Source: Gammaproteobacteria bacterium
GTDB taxonomy: Bacteria; Pseudomonadota; Gammaproteobacteria; Eutrophobiales; Eutrophobiaceae
Reading direction: 5' to 3'
NCBI GenBank assembly: GCA_965243205.1
Contig: CBDEUK010000001.1
Location: forward strand, 160,001-224,000
Length of the DNA: 64,000 nucleotides
The notes beneath the pieces were generated by a model, which was not told the origin of the DNA, made no database searches, and worked only from the letters and a program-made list of their open reading frames with translations. How positions within the stretch are numbered: the stretch's first letter is position 1; each line of letters opens with the position of its first letter. The translations under genes were made by a program, and so were the position numbers. Positions 1-9,670 of the stretch are shown here, piece by piece.

Positions 1-2
1 TA

Positions 3-452
3 GCAGGTGACTTCATTAATACAAATGGGTTTCCGTTTTCAAGAACAAATCCTAGCACACCAGATAACTTTCGATTTTCAATAACAACATTTACAGCCAC
101 CGATCAATTCTCAGAAATTTCACTGATATCAATGATTGCGCCTAGCCCAGATTGGTTTGTTGGAGTATCAGGTTTATCGCTCAAAGATGAAAATGGATGG
201 ATAGATAATTTGATTGTTGATTTAGTGGCTTGGGATGCAGGTACTGAAAACGGAGATTTTTTTGATTTGTTTAACATCGCGACTTCTCCTCAACAAGTGA
301 TCCGCCGAAGACTTACACCTTTTATTGATGACCCAGTAATAGGCCAAATAGAATTACAACTGGTATCTATACCTACAACACCCGTTCCACTACCACCAGC
401 ATTATGGTTATTATTATCTGGTTTCTTCTTTATCAAAAAAAAACATACATAG
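3..452 (+). CDS. Spondin_N-domain protein with C-terminal VPLPx-CTERM (PEP-CTERM-type) sorting signal, 5'-truncated by window edge
   Basis: Frame is open from position 3. The motif SMIAPSPDWFVGV...WDAGTE is typical of Spondin_N. The C-terminus is PVPLPPALWLLLSGFFF followed by a basic KKKH tail. Confidence 0.8.
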   Translation, partial: AGDFINTNGFPFSRTNPSTPDNFRFSITTFTATDQFSEISLISMIAPSPDWFVGVSGLSLKDENGWIDNLIVDLVAWDAGTENGDFFDLFNIATSPQQVIRRRLTPFIDDPVIGQIELQLVSIPTTPVPLPPALWLLLSGFFFIKKKHT

Positions 453-472
453 AATATATAATCTAAATTATT

Positions 473-510
473 AATACTATCAGTACCATTATTATGCTAC
501 TGATAGTATT
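473..510. terminator. 13-bp perfect inverted repeat (terminator or operator)
   Basis: AATACTATCAGTA (473-485) / TACTGATAGTATT (498-510) in the intergenic gap. Confidence 0.45.
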
Positions 511-544
511 CTATTAATAATTACTCAAAATATTATTAGATGAT

Positions 545-952
545 ATGGAAATAAAAAAACTTAGCAATGAATACTTTGTAAGCCCGCAAATTACTGTGGA
601 TGATCTTGAGGCTTTAAAAGAAATTGGTATCAAATCTATTATATGTAATCGACCTGATGGTGAAGCAGAGACTCAACCGTCTTACAGAGAAATAGAAACA
701 AAAGCTGCAGAATTTGGCATCGAGTTCAGTTATATCCCTGTGCTTAAAGCACCTGCCACAGATATTGAAGTAAACAGTTTTTCCGAAATATTTTCAGATT
801 TACCTAAACCTGCATTGGCCTATTGTCGCAGCGGTATGCGTTCTACAACTATATGGGCTATAGATAACCCCTCTAAACTTTCAGTTTCTGAAATTTTACA
901 AACAGCATCGAATGCAGGTTACGATTTAACAGAGCATTTATCAAAAAAATAG
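545..952 (+). CDS. TIGR01244 family sulfur transferase / Blh-like phosphatase-fold protein
   Basis: Motifs VSPQI, IICNRPDGE and AYCRSGMRS (CX5R). Confidence 0.85.
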   Translation: MEIKKLSNEYFVSPQITVDDLEALKEIGIKSIICNRPDGEAETQPSYREIETKAAEFGIEFSYIPVLKAPATDIEVNSFSEIFSDLPKPALAYCRSGMRSTTIWAIDNPSKLSVSEILQTASNAGYDLTEHLSKK

Positions 953-953
953 T

Positions 954-1970
954 TTATCGAATATGTAGAGTACTCTTAATTTGTTTATTTTTTACTAATT
1001 CGATTTTACGCCATGAACTTTCATCATTAAGATTTTGCCAACGACGTTCTTCTTTTAAATAATTCCAATCTTTATCATTTTGATAAAATACTTGTACATT
1101 ATCTGATTCAATAATATTTAAGATCTCATTGTCATGATAATTATACTCGTCAAAATCAGTTAAGGCTTTTTGAGCCATCTCTGAGTAAAGCTCACTAATA
1201 TCCAAAAGACATTTATTAATCTCATCATCTAATATTTTTATATTGAGACCAATTCGAGCTGCTTCATGAGCAGTAATAGGGTAACTATGTGATGGGTAGT
1301 CAGAATTCAAATGAGTACTGATTTCAATACATTTATCTTCGTCCTCAATATGATAAGACAAAATCTCTTTGCAGACTTTAATCGACAACGAGCTTGAACG
1401 ATCAATTGCTCCAATCACTAAAGGATGAACATACTTAAAAATTTCTTCATACGGATTACCATGATGCTCTTTAGAAGTACCATTCCATAACTTAATTAAA
1501 CGTGATAATTCATCCTGACTAACATTTACTCTGCGATTACTGGTTTCGTCGATAGGTGATAAATCATGTCTTAACGATGAATCGATTGCCGTAAGATACG
1601 CCAAAGGTCCCATATGAATTTCATTTGCCCCTAGACAAATCATCGTTGCAGCTGAAGCACATTCAAGAGGAATGTAAGCAACTAAGTCTTTAAATTTTTC
1701 ACGCAGTAAATTAACAATCCTTAGTGCAGCTTCTAAATCTCCACCATTCGATTTTATAAAAATGCCTCCGCGTTCTGTATCATTCGTTTTTTCTAATAGC
1801 TCATAAAGTGCGACAACATCATTATCGCAAACACTGCCACGGTGAGATGTCCAATAACAAATGAATTTACGATTTGTTAATTGATTTAATCTTTGAATAA
1901 TATCCTGAGTTTGAGAAAAGAGAATTGGAGGTTCTTTTACAGCATTTTTTTTATCACTTCCTAATAACAT
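954..1970 (-). CDS. SDH family Clp-fold serine protease-like protein
   Basis: S-x-GG motif (KSNGGD), CASAATMICLGANEIHMGP-x4-TAID and YPSHSYPI histidine motif. Confidence 0.7.
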   Translation of the reverse strand: MLLGSDKKNAVKEPPILFSQTQDIIQRLNQLTNRKFICYWTSHRGSVCDNDVVALYELLEKTNDTERGGIFIKSNGGDLEAALRIVNLLREKFKDLVAYIPLECASAATMICLGANEIHMGPLAYLTAIDSSLRHDLSPIDETSNRRVNVSQDELSRLIKLWNGTSKEHHGNPYEEIFKYVHPLVIGAIDRSSSLSIKVCKEILSYHIEDEDKCIEISTHLNSDYPSHSYPITAHEAARIGLNIKILDDEINKCLLDISELYSEMAQKALTDFDEYNYHDNEILNIIESDNVQVFYQNDKDWNYLKEERRWQNLNDESSWRKIELVKNKQIKSTLHIR

Positions 1971-1993
1971 TTGCTTATCCTATCGTATAATTA

Positions 1994-3361
1994 TTAAAAA
2001 CCACCCATGCCTGGCGGTAACTTTCCACTCATACCTCGCATCATATTCATGATGCCGCCCTTCTTAGACATCTTTTTCATCATCTTTTGCATTTGTTTAA
2101 ATTGCTTTAACAAACGATTCACATCTTGAATTTGTGTACCCGAACCATTGGCAATACGTCGTTTACGTGAACCATTGATCACATCTGGATTTTCCCTTTC
2201 CTTCGGGGTCATTGAATCAATAATCGCTGCCAGTTGCCCCATTTGATTATTATTCTGAACTTGATTCAAAGCCTCTTGAGGTATTCCTGGCATACCAGGA
2301 AGCTTATCCATTAAGCCCGTAATACCCCCCATATTATTCATTTGAGTTATTTGATCGCGAAAGTCGGCAAGGTTAAATCCTTTACCCTTCTTAATTTTTT
2401 TAGCGAGTTTTTCCGCTTTCTTCTTATCAGTTTTTTGTTCGACCTCTTCGATCAAACTCAACATGTCACCCATGCCAAGAATACGCGAAGCGATACGTTC
2501 AGGATGGAAAGTGCTTAACTCACTACTCTTCTCACCTGTACCTAAAAACTTAATCGGTTTACCAGTAACATGCCTAACCGATAACGCTGCACCACCTCTG
2601 GCATCACCATCCGTCTTGGTTAAAATCACACCCGTAAGATCCAAAGCATCGTTAAATGCTTTAGCTGCATGGACAGCGTCCTGGCCTGTCATACTATCAA
2701 TGGTGAATAGGGTCTCAGCCGGATTTAAAACTTTGTGTAATGACTGAATCTCTTGCATCATGTCTTCGTCGACATGTAATCGACCAGCAGTATCGACAAT
2801 TAATACATCCATGAATTGTTTGGCTGCTTTATCTTTGGCTTGTAGAGCTATATCGTTTGGTTTTTGGTTAGGCTCACTTGGGAAGAATTCAACTCCCACT
2901 TCACCGGCAACAGTTTTCAATTGCTCAATAGCTGCAGGACGATAAACATCACAGCTCACTACCATGACTTTTTTCTTATGTTGTTCCTTAAGTAGGCGTG
3001 AAAGCTTGCCAACTGAGGTTGTTTTACCGGCCCCTTGTAAACCAGCCATCATAATCACTGCTGGTGGCTGTGCATTCAGGTTCAATGGAACGGCTTCGGT
3101 ACCCATCAATTTGGTGAGTTCGTCATTGACGATTTTAACCACCATCTGTCCAGGATTCAGGCTCTCACTAACATCAGTCCCTAATGCGCGTTGTTTCACT
3201 TGCTCGATGAAATCCTTCACGACAGGAAGCGCTACATCCGCTTCTAATAAGGCCATACGTACCTCACGCAAGGTAGCCGACATATTTTCTTCAGTCAGCC
3301 TGGCTTGGCCACGTAATTCTTTGATAACACCACTAAGGCGGTTACTTAATTGGTCAAACAT
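1994..3361 (-). CDS. ffh: signal recognition particle protein Ffh
   Basis: GLQGAGKTT, DTAGR and TKTDGDARGG motifs; Met-rich M domain. Confidence 0.98.
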   Translation of the reverse strand: MFDQLSNRLSGVIKELRGQARLTEENMSATLREVRMALLEADVALPVVKDFIEQVKQRALGTDVSESLNPGQMVVKIVNDELTKLMGTEAVPLNLNAQPPAVIMMAGLQGAGKTTSVGKLSRLLKEQHKKKVMVVSCDVYRPAAIEQLKTVAGEVGVEFFPSEPNQKPNDIALQAKDKAAKQFMDVLIVDTAGRLHVDEDMMQEIQSLHKVLNPAETLFTIDSMTGQDAVHAAKAFNDALDLTGVILTKTDGDARGGAALSVRHVTGKPIKFLGTGEKSSELSTFHPERIASRILGMGDMLSLIEEVEQKTDKKKAEKLAKKIKKGKGFNLADFRDQITQMNNMGGITGLMDKLPGMPGIPQEALNQVQNNNQMGQLAAIIDSMTPKERENPDVINGSRKRRIANGSGTQIQDVNRLLKQFKQMQKMMKKMSKKGGIMNMMRGMSGKLPPGMGGF

Positions 3362-3460
3362 ATTCAAAAAACGTCATTTACATTTAAAATACTAGTTTAA
3401 CAGATTTCAATATCGCGGACTTCACTTCAATGCATATTGAAAATATGTCATTATTATTTA

Positions 3461-4264
3461 ATGAACTCTTTCGGCATAATCACCATCATTTTTTATATTG
3501 CTGCTACTTTTTTTTTGGTTCCTAACCTACAAAATCACGATAGTGGCAATAAATTTCAAAAACTTGCTGTGATTTTGTTTTTCATTGCTCTATGCCTACA
3601 TTCGTACTTGTTATTTTCCGTACTGAATATTTCGGATAATTTAAAACTAGGTTTCTTCAATTCAATATCCCTGACTGTTTGGATAATTCTGGCCATTATT
3701 TTAATCGGTTCCTTCTTTAGGCCGGTACTTAACATCAGCATCATCATGATGCCTATAGCAGCACTCTCAATATTCCTAGCATTACGTTATCCAAGCCATT
3801 TTGAAATAGGTTCTAATTACAGCTTAGGCTTGGAATTACATATCGCCATGTCATTGATTGCCTATAGCCTACTTTCTTTAGCTGCGCTCCAAGCTTGTTT
3901 ATTAGCCTTTCAAGACCGCCAGATTCGTAATAAACAACCTTCATTAATATTAAACACCTTGCCGCCTTTGCAAGTAATGGAAGATTTATTAGTTCAAGTG
4001 ATCGCTTTGGGCTTTTTTATCTTGAGTCTGAGCTTAATTTCTGGCGTGATGTTTATAGAAAACCTATTTGCTCAACATCTAGTCCATAAAGTGTCATTTT
4101 CGGTTGCTGCTTGGTTGATATTTGCCACTGTCTTATATGGTCGTTGGCAGAATGGTTGGCGTGGTCAAACCCTTTTCCGTTGGACGATTACAGGGGCCAT
4201 AACACTTTTATTAGCTTATTTTGGCTCTAAATTTGTGCTGGAATTGCTACTGGAACGCGTTTAA
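3461..4264 (+). CDS. ypjD: inner membrane cytochrome c assembly family protein (YpjD/CcsA-like)
   Basis: Multi-TM protein with LPPLQVME, HLVHK, GWRG and LAYFGSKFV motifs; divergent from ffh as usual. ATG at 3461 preferred. Confidence 0.85.
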   Translation: MNSFGIITIIFYIAATFFLVPNLQNHDSGNKFQKLAVILFFIALCLHSYLLFSVLNISDNLKLGFFNSISLTVWIILAIILIGSFFRPVLNISIIMMPIAALSIFLALRYPSHFEIGSNYSLGLELHIAMSLIAYSLLSLAALQACLLAFQDRQIRNKQPSLILNTLPPLQVMEDLLVQVIALGFFILSLSLISGVMFIENLFAQHLVHKVSFSVAAWLIFATVLYGRWQNGWRGQTLFRWTITGAITLLLAYFGSKFVLELLLERV

Positions 4265-4351
4265 ATCTTATTTTTAGTAGCAAAAGCTTGACAGCACCCC
4301 CACTAAAAAGGCGAAAATAGTCGTCCATTTTAGCTTGAGGTCAGAACCTCT

Positions 4352-5638
4352 TTGGACGAAATACCGATTTGGGCCCTACTCAGTGGCCTATTCACCCTAT
4401 TAATTCTTTCAGCATTTTTCTCTAGTTCCGAAACCGCTATGATGGCGCTGAACCGTTATCGACTGCGACATTTAGTCGATAGCAATCATCGTGGAGCAAA
4501 ATTAGCCGATAAGCTTCTCTCTAAACCCGATCGACTCATCAGTTTAATATTATTATGTAATAACTTAGTCAATTTCATGGCCGCATCAATTGCCACCATT
4601 ATTGGGATGCGTTTATTAGGTGATCTAGGGGTAGCCCTGTCACCCATCGTCCTCGTGGTGGTATTTTTAATTTTTGCTGAAGTCGCGCCGAAAACCTACG
4701 CCGCTTTACACCCAGAACGTATTGCCTTCCCTGCAGCCTATGTATTAAAAGTTCTAGAGCAAGTTCTCAGACCCTTTGTCTGGTCACTAAACCTGATAAC
4801 CAATGGGCTACTAAAATATTTTGGCGTCAACTCCATCGATTCTGAAGAAACCCCGTTAAGCATGGAAGAATTACGCACCGTCGTACATGAAGCAAGCCCT
4901 TTGATTCCGAGCCGTCATAAACGCATGTTACTGAGTATTCTGGACTTAGAGCACATCACGGTAAACGATATTATGATCCCAAGTAACGAGGTATTGGGCA
5001 TCAATATTGAAGATTCAACAGAAAGCATTTTTCGAAAAATTTCTGAAGCGGACCATTCACAAATACCACTTTATCGTAACAATCTCGATAATGTTATTGG
5101 TATCATTTATGTAAAAGACACTATTCCAATTCTCAAAGACCAAAATGAATTCAACCCAGAAGACTTGGTCTCCATCGCCCGTGAAGTGTATTTTGTACCT
5201 GAAGGGACACCGCTTCATATTCAATTGCTTAATTTTCAACGCTTTAGTCGACGGGTAGGCTTAGTCGTTGATGAATATGGTCAAATTCAAGGCTTAGTTA
5301 CTTTATCAGATATATTGGAAGAAATTGTCGGTGACTTCTCAAATAACCTGCCCATCGATGAAGATTTAATTCAATCGAATTCTGATGGAAGTTTTATCAT
5401 TGATGGTTCTGCTGCTATTCGTGATATCAACCGTCAACTGGAATGGCAACTACCAGAAGATGGCCCTAAAACCTTGAATGGTCTAATTTTAGAACAATTA
5501 GAAGATATCCCGGAAATTGGCACCAGCTTTAAAATCGATAATTATACTTTAGAAATTATTCAATCAGCCGATAACTCAGTGAAGACAGCTAAAATTACTC
5601 AATCTACTGAGTTATTGGCTGTAGGCACCAATAGTTAA
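4352..5638 (+). CDS. corB: HlyC/CorC family CNNM-CBS transporter (CorB/YfjD)
   Basis: SAFFSSSETAMM, EVAPKT, CBS pair (VVDEYG...DILEEIVG) and a CorC C-terminal domain; synteny with ypjD. Confidence 0.9.
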   Translation: MDEIPIWALLSGLFTLLILSAFFSSSETAMMALNRYRLRHLVDSNHRGAKLADKLLSKPDRLISLILLCNNLVNFMAASIATIIGMRLLGDLGVALSPIVLVVVFLIFAEVAPKTYAALHPERIAFPAAYVLKVLEQVLRPFVWSLNLITNGLLKYFGVNSIDSEETPLSMEELRTVVHEASPLIPSRHKRMLLSILDLEHITVNDIMIPSNEVLGINIEDSTESIFRKISEADHSQIPLYRNNLDNVIGIIYVKDTIPILKDQNEFNPEDLVSIAREVYFVPEGTPLHIQLLNFQRFSRRVGLVVDEYGQIQGLVTLSDILEEIVGDFSNNLPIDEDLIQSNSDGSFIIDGSAAIRDINRQLEWQLPEDGPKTLNGLILEQLEDIPEIGTSFKIDNYTLEIIQSADNSVKTAKITQSTELLAVGTNS

Positions 5639-5680
5639 TGCGAATAGAGGAAGCCATACTGTTTTTAATAGGCTGAGAAT

Positions 5681-6043
5681 ATGCATCAAGAAAAAAGACA
5701 ATTTCACCGTATCACATTTGAAGCTCCTGTGTACTTACACTGGGAAAATCGTAACTGGCCAAGCACACTAGTGGATATTTCACTCAATGGTTTATTGATC
5801 GAAAAACCCGATGACTGGCGAGATGATATGTATGGTGAATTCTTTGATATTGAAATCATATTAGAAGACACCTCAAAAAAAATTCGTATGAACGCTCATG
5901 TAGCCCATGAACATGAAGCGCGCATTGGTTTTCAATGCGATTATATCGACCTCGAAAGCATGACCACACTAAAACGCTTAGTCGAATTTAACTCAGAATC
6001 TGAAGATCTACTTGAACGAGAATTAGATCGTTTGATTGCGTAA
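5681..6043 (+). CDS. PilZ domain c-di-GMP-binding protein
   Basis: RQFHR (RxxxR) and DISLNG (DxSxxG) motifs. Confidence 0.85.
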   Translation: MHQEKRQFHRITFEAPVYLHWENRNWPSTLVDISLNGLLIEKPDDWRDDMYGEFFDIEIILEDTSKKIRMNAHVAHEHEARIGFQCDYIDLESMTTLKRLVEFNSESEDLLERELDRLIA

Positions 6044-6093
6044 ACTATCTTTATTAATATTCTGTTTAAATAGGGTATGTTAGTCTATATAAC

Positions 6094-6732
6094 ATGCTAT
6101 CGATATTAACCATCATATCCCTTTTCTTTATTTGGTTAATTGTTCGTCAAGTTTATGATTTTTTGTATAAACCTGGCCGTTTTCATTCTTCTGACTATAC
6201 TTATTTATTCATAATAGTTGCTTTCGCAATCGCTACTGCATGGTTACCCATAAAATATTGGCAGTTAGAAAAATCCTTATCAGAAAAGTCATCCATACTC
6301 GCAGGCAAACCTGCAAAAGTACATTGCAATTCCTTATTCGACTCTATCTTTGATAATCAATTAAATGTCATCGGTCATGCTAACTTTGAAACTGGTGATA
6401 TCGTATTTCAGTTTGGATGGTGTAGAAACATGCTTAAATATCTAGATCATCCTAATGATTTAACAGAATTAGAATTAATGAGCTTAGCATTATTTACTCA
6501 TGAGGCTATGCATGTACGCGGTGAACGTAATGAACAAAAAACCGAATGCCAAGCTATTCAACGAAATTACCAAGCAGCAAAATTATTAGGCGTACAGGAA
6601 CATATTGCTCAGAAAAATGCCGTTGATTATTATAAAAATATTTACCCAAGACATCCTTACTTTAGTCCGCGCTGTGCTCCTGGAAAAGAGTACGATGAAA
6701 AATTAGATGATTCTAGTTGGAATTTTTTATAA
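6094..6732 (+). CDS. membrane-anchored hypothetical protein with HExxH zinc-peptidase-like motif
   Basis: Two N-terminal hydrophobic segments; THEAMHVRGERNEQKTEC. Confidence 0.6.
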   Translation: MLSILTIISLFFIWLIVRQVYDFLYKPGRFHSSDYTYLFIIVAFAIATAWLPIKYWQLEKSLSEKSSILAGKPAKVHCNSLFDSIFDNQLNVIGHANFETGDIVFQFGWCRNMLKYLDHPNDLTELELMSLALFTHEAMHVRGERNEQKTECQAIQRNYQAAKLLGVQEHIAQKNAVDYYKNIYPRHPYFSPRCAPGKEYDEKLDDSSWNFL

Positions 6733-6766
6733 TAATTATAATGTCTAATAAAGAGTAATCAACTAA

Positions 6767-7222
6767 ATGCAAATATGGGTAGACGCAGATGCTTGTCCTG
6801 TAGTAATAAAGGATATTATTTTTAGAGCGGCAACACGAACTGAAACAAATGCTACATTAGTTGCTAATCAATATATAAAAATTCCTTCTTCACCTTTTAT
6901 AAAAATCATACAAGTACATGCTGGATTTGATGTGGCAGATAATGAGATTATTAAACATGTACAAGATGGAGATTTAGTTATTACAAGCGATATTCCTTTA
7001 GCCGATGGAGTTATTACAAAAGGAGCAAAAGCATTAAGCCCTAGAGGAGAGTTGTTTACACACGATAATATAAAATCTCGCCTAAGTATTCGAGATTTTA
7101 TGGAAACATTACGTAACAGTGGAATACAGACAGGTGGACCAAATACTTTAAGTCAGAATGACCGAAAAGCTTTTGCTGCTCATTTGGATAAATGGCTTGT
7201 ACAAAAGCAACAAAACAATTAA
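6767..7222 (+). CDS. yaiI: YaiI/YqxD family protein (UPF0178)
   Basis: [17 protein letters not shown] and [11 protein letters not shown] motifs. Confidence 0.92.
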   Translation: MQIWVDADACPVVIKDIIFRAATRTETNATLVANQYIKIPSSPFIKIIQVHAGFDVADNEIIKHVQDGDLVITSDIPLADGVITKGAKALSPRGELFTHDNIKSRLSIRDFMETLRNSGIQTGGPNTLSQNDRKAFAAHLDKWLVQKQQNN

Positions 7223-7230
7223 AAACATTA

Positions 7231-8598
7231 TTATATCAATGAACTTATATCAGATAATTTAGAAACCGTTCGTATCGTTAAACCTTCTGGAGTGTTTTTT
7301 GGAAGATTGCTTTTAGGAACAATGGCAAGTTTAAAACCATGTTTAGCAGCCTCTTTTAAACGATCCTCACCATTTTGCACTGGCCTAATTTCACCGGCCA
7401 AACCCACTTCTCCAAAAACAATAACATCATTTGGCATTGGTTTGTTTTTCAAACTTGATAACACAGCAAAGACGATTGCCAGATCCGCCGCAGTTTCATT
7501 GATACGAACGCCACCAACTGCGTTGACAAAGACATCTTGATCGTAAGTAACTATTCCCATATGCCGATGCATTACCGCTAGTAACATTGCTAAGCGATTA
7601 TGATCTAAACCAACAGTTAAACGCCTTGGTTGTGGGCTATGCGACTCATCAACCAAAGCTTGTATCTCCAATAAGATTGGCCGCGTACCTTCACGCGACA
7701 CCATGATAATGCTACCAGGAACTTGTTCTTCATGACGTGATAAAAAGATTGCAGAAGGATTAGTAACTTCTTTTAAACCTTGCTCCGTCATTGCGAACAC
7801 ACCTAACTCGTTCACAGCACCGTAACGATTTTTAACCGCTCTTATTAGTCGGTATCGTCCTCCTGGATCACCTTCAAAATATAAAACGGTATCGACCATA
7901 TGTTCTAATACACGTGGTCCAGCTAAAGCCCCTTCTTTGGTGACATGGCCAACTAAAAACACCATGATATTATTTTGCTTAGCTAAACGAACCAATTGTG
8001 CAGTACATTCACGAACTTGTGCGACAGCACCTGGCGCTGATTGCATAATGTCCGAATAAACGGTTTGTATAGAATCAATAACCACTAAGCCAGGTTTTTC
8101 TTGCGAGATCACTCGCATGATTTTTTCTAAATGATTTTCGGTATAGATACGTACCTTATCAACCGTAAGTTCTAAACGTTTAGCACGTAAGCCTACTTGT
8201 TGGCTGGATTCTTCGGCCGTAACGTATAAAGTGGGTAAATCAGAATTACTGGATAACTCTGAAAGCATTTGAATTAACAACGTTGATTTACCAATACCCG
8301 GATCGCCGCCGAGTAATACAACTGAACCTTGTACTAAACCACCACCAATAGCACGATCTAATTCTTTAATACCAGAACTTAAACGTGCAGATTGTTCAAC
8401 TTCAACATGACTTAAATCTTGAACTTCAGAAGCAACTGATAAATGTTCATGACGTTGTTGTTTATGATTACTGGATGAAACATCAACGACATCTTCTACT
8501 AAAGTATTCCATTCTTTACATTCAGGACATTGGCCAATCCATTTTGGTGTTATAGCGCCACAATTAGTGCATTGATATTGTGTTTTTAGTTTAACCAT
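7231..8598 (-). CDS. radA: DNA repair protein RadA/Sms
   Basis: C4 zinc finger, GDPGIGKST, KNRYG motif and Lon-like C-terminal domain. Confidence 0.97.
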   Translation of the reverse strand: MVKLKTQYQCTNCGAITPKWIGQCPECKEWNTLVEDVVDVSSSNHKQQRHEHLSVASEVQDLSHVEVEQSARLSSGIKELDRAIGGGLVQGSVVLLGGDPGIGKSTLLIQMLSELSSNSDLPTLYVTAEESSQQVGLRAKRLELTVDKVRIYTENHLEKIMRVISQEKPGLVVIDSIQTVYSDIMQSAPGAVAQVRECTAQLVRLAKQNNIMVFLVGHVTKEGALAGPRVLEHMVDTVLYFEGDPGGRYRLIRAVKNRYGAVNELGVFAMTEQGLKEVTNPSAIFLSRHEEQVPGSIIMVSREGTRPILLEIQALVDESHSPQPRRLTVGLDHNRLAMLLAVMHRHMGIVTYDQDVFVNAVGGVRINETAADLAIVFAVLSSLKNKPMPNDVIVFGEVGLAGEIRPVQNGEDRLKEAAKHGFKLAIVPKSNLPKNTPEGLTIRTVSKLSDISSLI

Positions 8599-9670
8599 CT
8601 TCGACAAATTCTAATCGTTTATGAACAGCACACAACAATTGATACGGGATCGTATTGGCTGAGCGTGCTATTTCTTCAACAGGTAAGTCCTGTCCCCACA
8701 GTACAACAGGATCACCGACTTTTGCAGCAGGTTGATTACGCAAATCCACTGCTAGCATATCCATTGAGGCACGCCCGATTAATGAACAACGTTCTCCATT
8801 GACTAATAATGGCGTACCAGAAATGGCATGTCGTGGATAACCATCACCATAACCTGCTGCTACAATTCCGATTGGCATATTCTCTGGACAACACCATGAA
8901 GCACCATAACCAACAGGGTCTCCTGTCTTTAATTGCTTTACTGCAATGAGTTTCGATTTTAATGTCATAACAGGTTTTAAATTATGATCTGCACCCGTTG
9001 TGTCACTAAATGGTGAAATACCATAAAGCATCAAACCTGGACGGATCCAATCGCCATGACTCTCTTCGATATTTAACACTGCTGCTGAATTGGCAATTGT
9101 TTTTTCTAAAGAAAGCTCTGAAGTTAATTCATTTAAACAACGAATTTGTTGAAAGGTTAATTCTGGATCACGTTCATTTGCCGTTGCTAAATGCGTCATT
9201 AAACGTAACGGTCGGTCAATATTCGATAATTGATTTAAACGTTCATAAGCTTCGTTAAAATCATTAGGTGAAAATCCTAAACGATGCATTCCCGTATCTA
9301 TCTTTATCCAAACTTTTAGTTTGGCATTGATATTAGATGCTTCTAACATTTCAATTTGCGAAACATCATGGATCACTAATTCGAATCGATGTTTTGCAAT
9401 CAATTCGATTTCACTCTCCGCATACATTCCTTCTAATAAAATAATATTTTTTTCAATGCCTGCGTTTCGTAAGCTAATGGCTTCTTCGATACATGCAACA
9501 CCAAAGGCATCGGCATCAGACAGTTTTTTAGCAACACGTGCGATACCATGACCATAAGCATCGGCCTTAATAATCGCCATGACTTTACTATTAGGTGCGC
9601 GCTCTCGAATTATATTTAAATTATGTTTGAGTGCGGATAAATGGATATGTACTTTTGCTGGCCGACTCAT
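8591..9670 (-). CDS. alr: alanine racemase
   Basis: AIIKADAYGHG PLP-lysine motif; GYGDG and SMD motifs. Confidence 0.97.
   Translation of the reverse strand: MSRPAKVHIHLSALKHNLNIIRERAPNSKVMAIIKADAYGHGIARVAKKLSDADAFGVACIEEAISLRNAGIEKNIILLEGMYAESEIELIAKHRFELVIHDVSQIEMLEASNINAKLKVWIKIDTGMHRLGFSPNDFNEAYERLNQLSNIDRPLRLMTHLATANERDPELTFQQIRCLNELTSELSLEKTIANSAAVLNIEESHGDWIRPGLMLYGISPFSDTTGADHNLKPVMTLKSKLIAVKQLKTGDPVGYGASWCCPENMPIGIVAAGYGDGYPRHAISGTPLLVNGERCSLIGRASMDMLAVDLRNQPAAKVGDPVVLWGQDLPVEEIARSANTIPYQLLCAVHKRLEFVEDG

Noticed and set aside
2463-3395. Plus-strand ORFs antisense to ffh, and similar short ORFs overlapping radA, alr, dnaB, rpsF, bioA, hflK, amiB, the RND genes, ybaB and dnaX
   Set aside because: Shadow ORFs of well-conserved genes, with no recognisable motifs.
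4288-4318. TTGACA promoter upstream of corB
   Set aside because: No acceptable -10 hexamer at 16-18 nt spacing.
6075-6750. GTTAGTC before and GTCTAAT after the HExxH gene as a lone cassette
   Set aside because: The ends are not complementary beyond TTAG/CTAA and there is no attC-like arm; probably chance.
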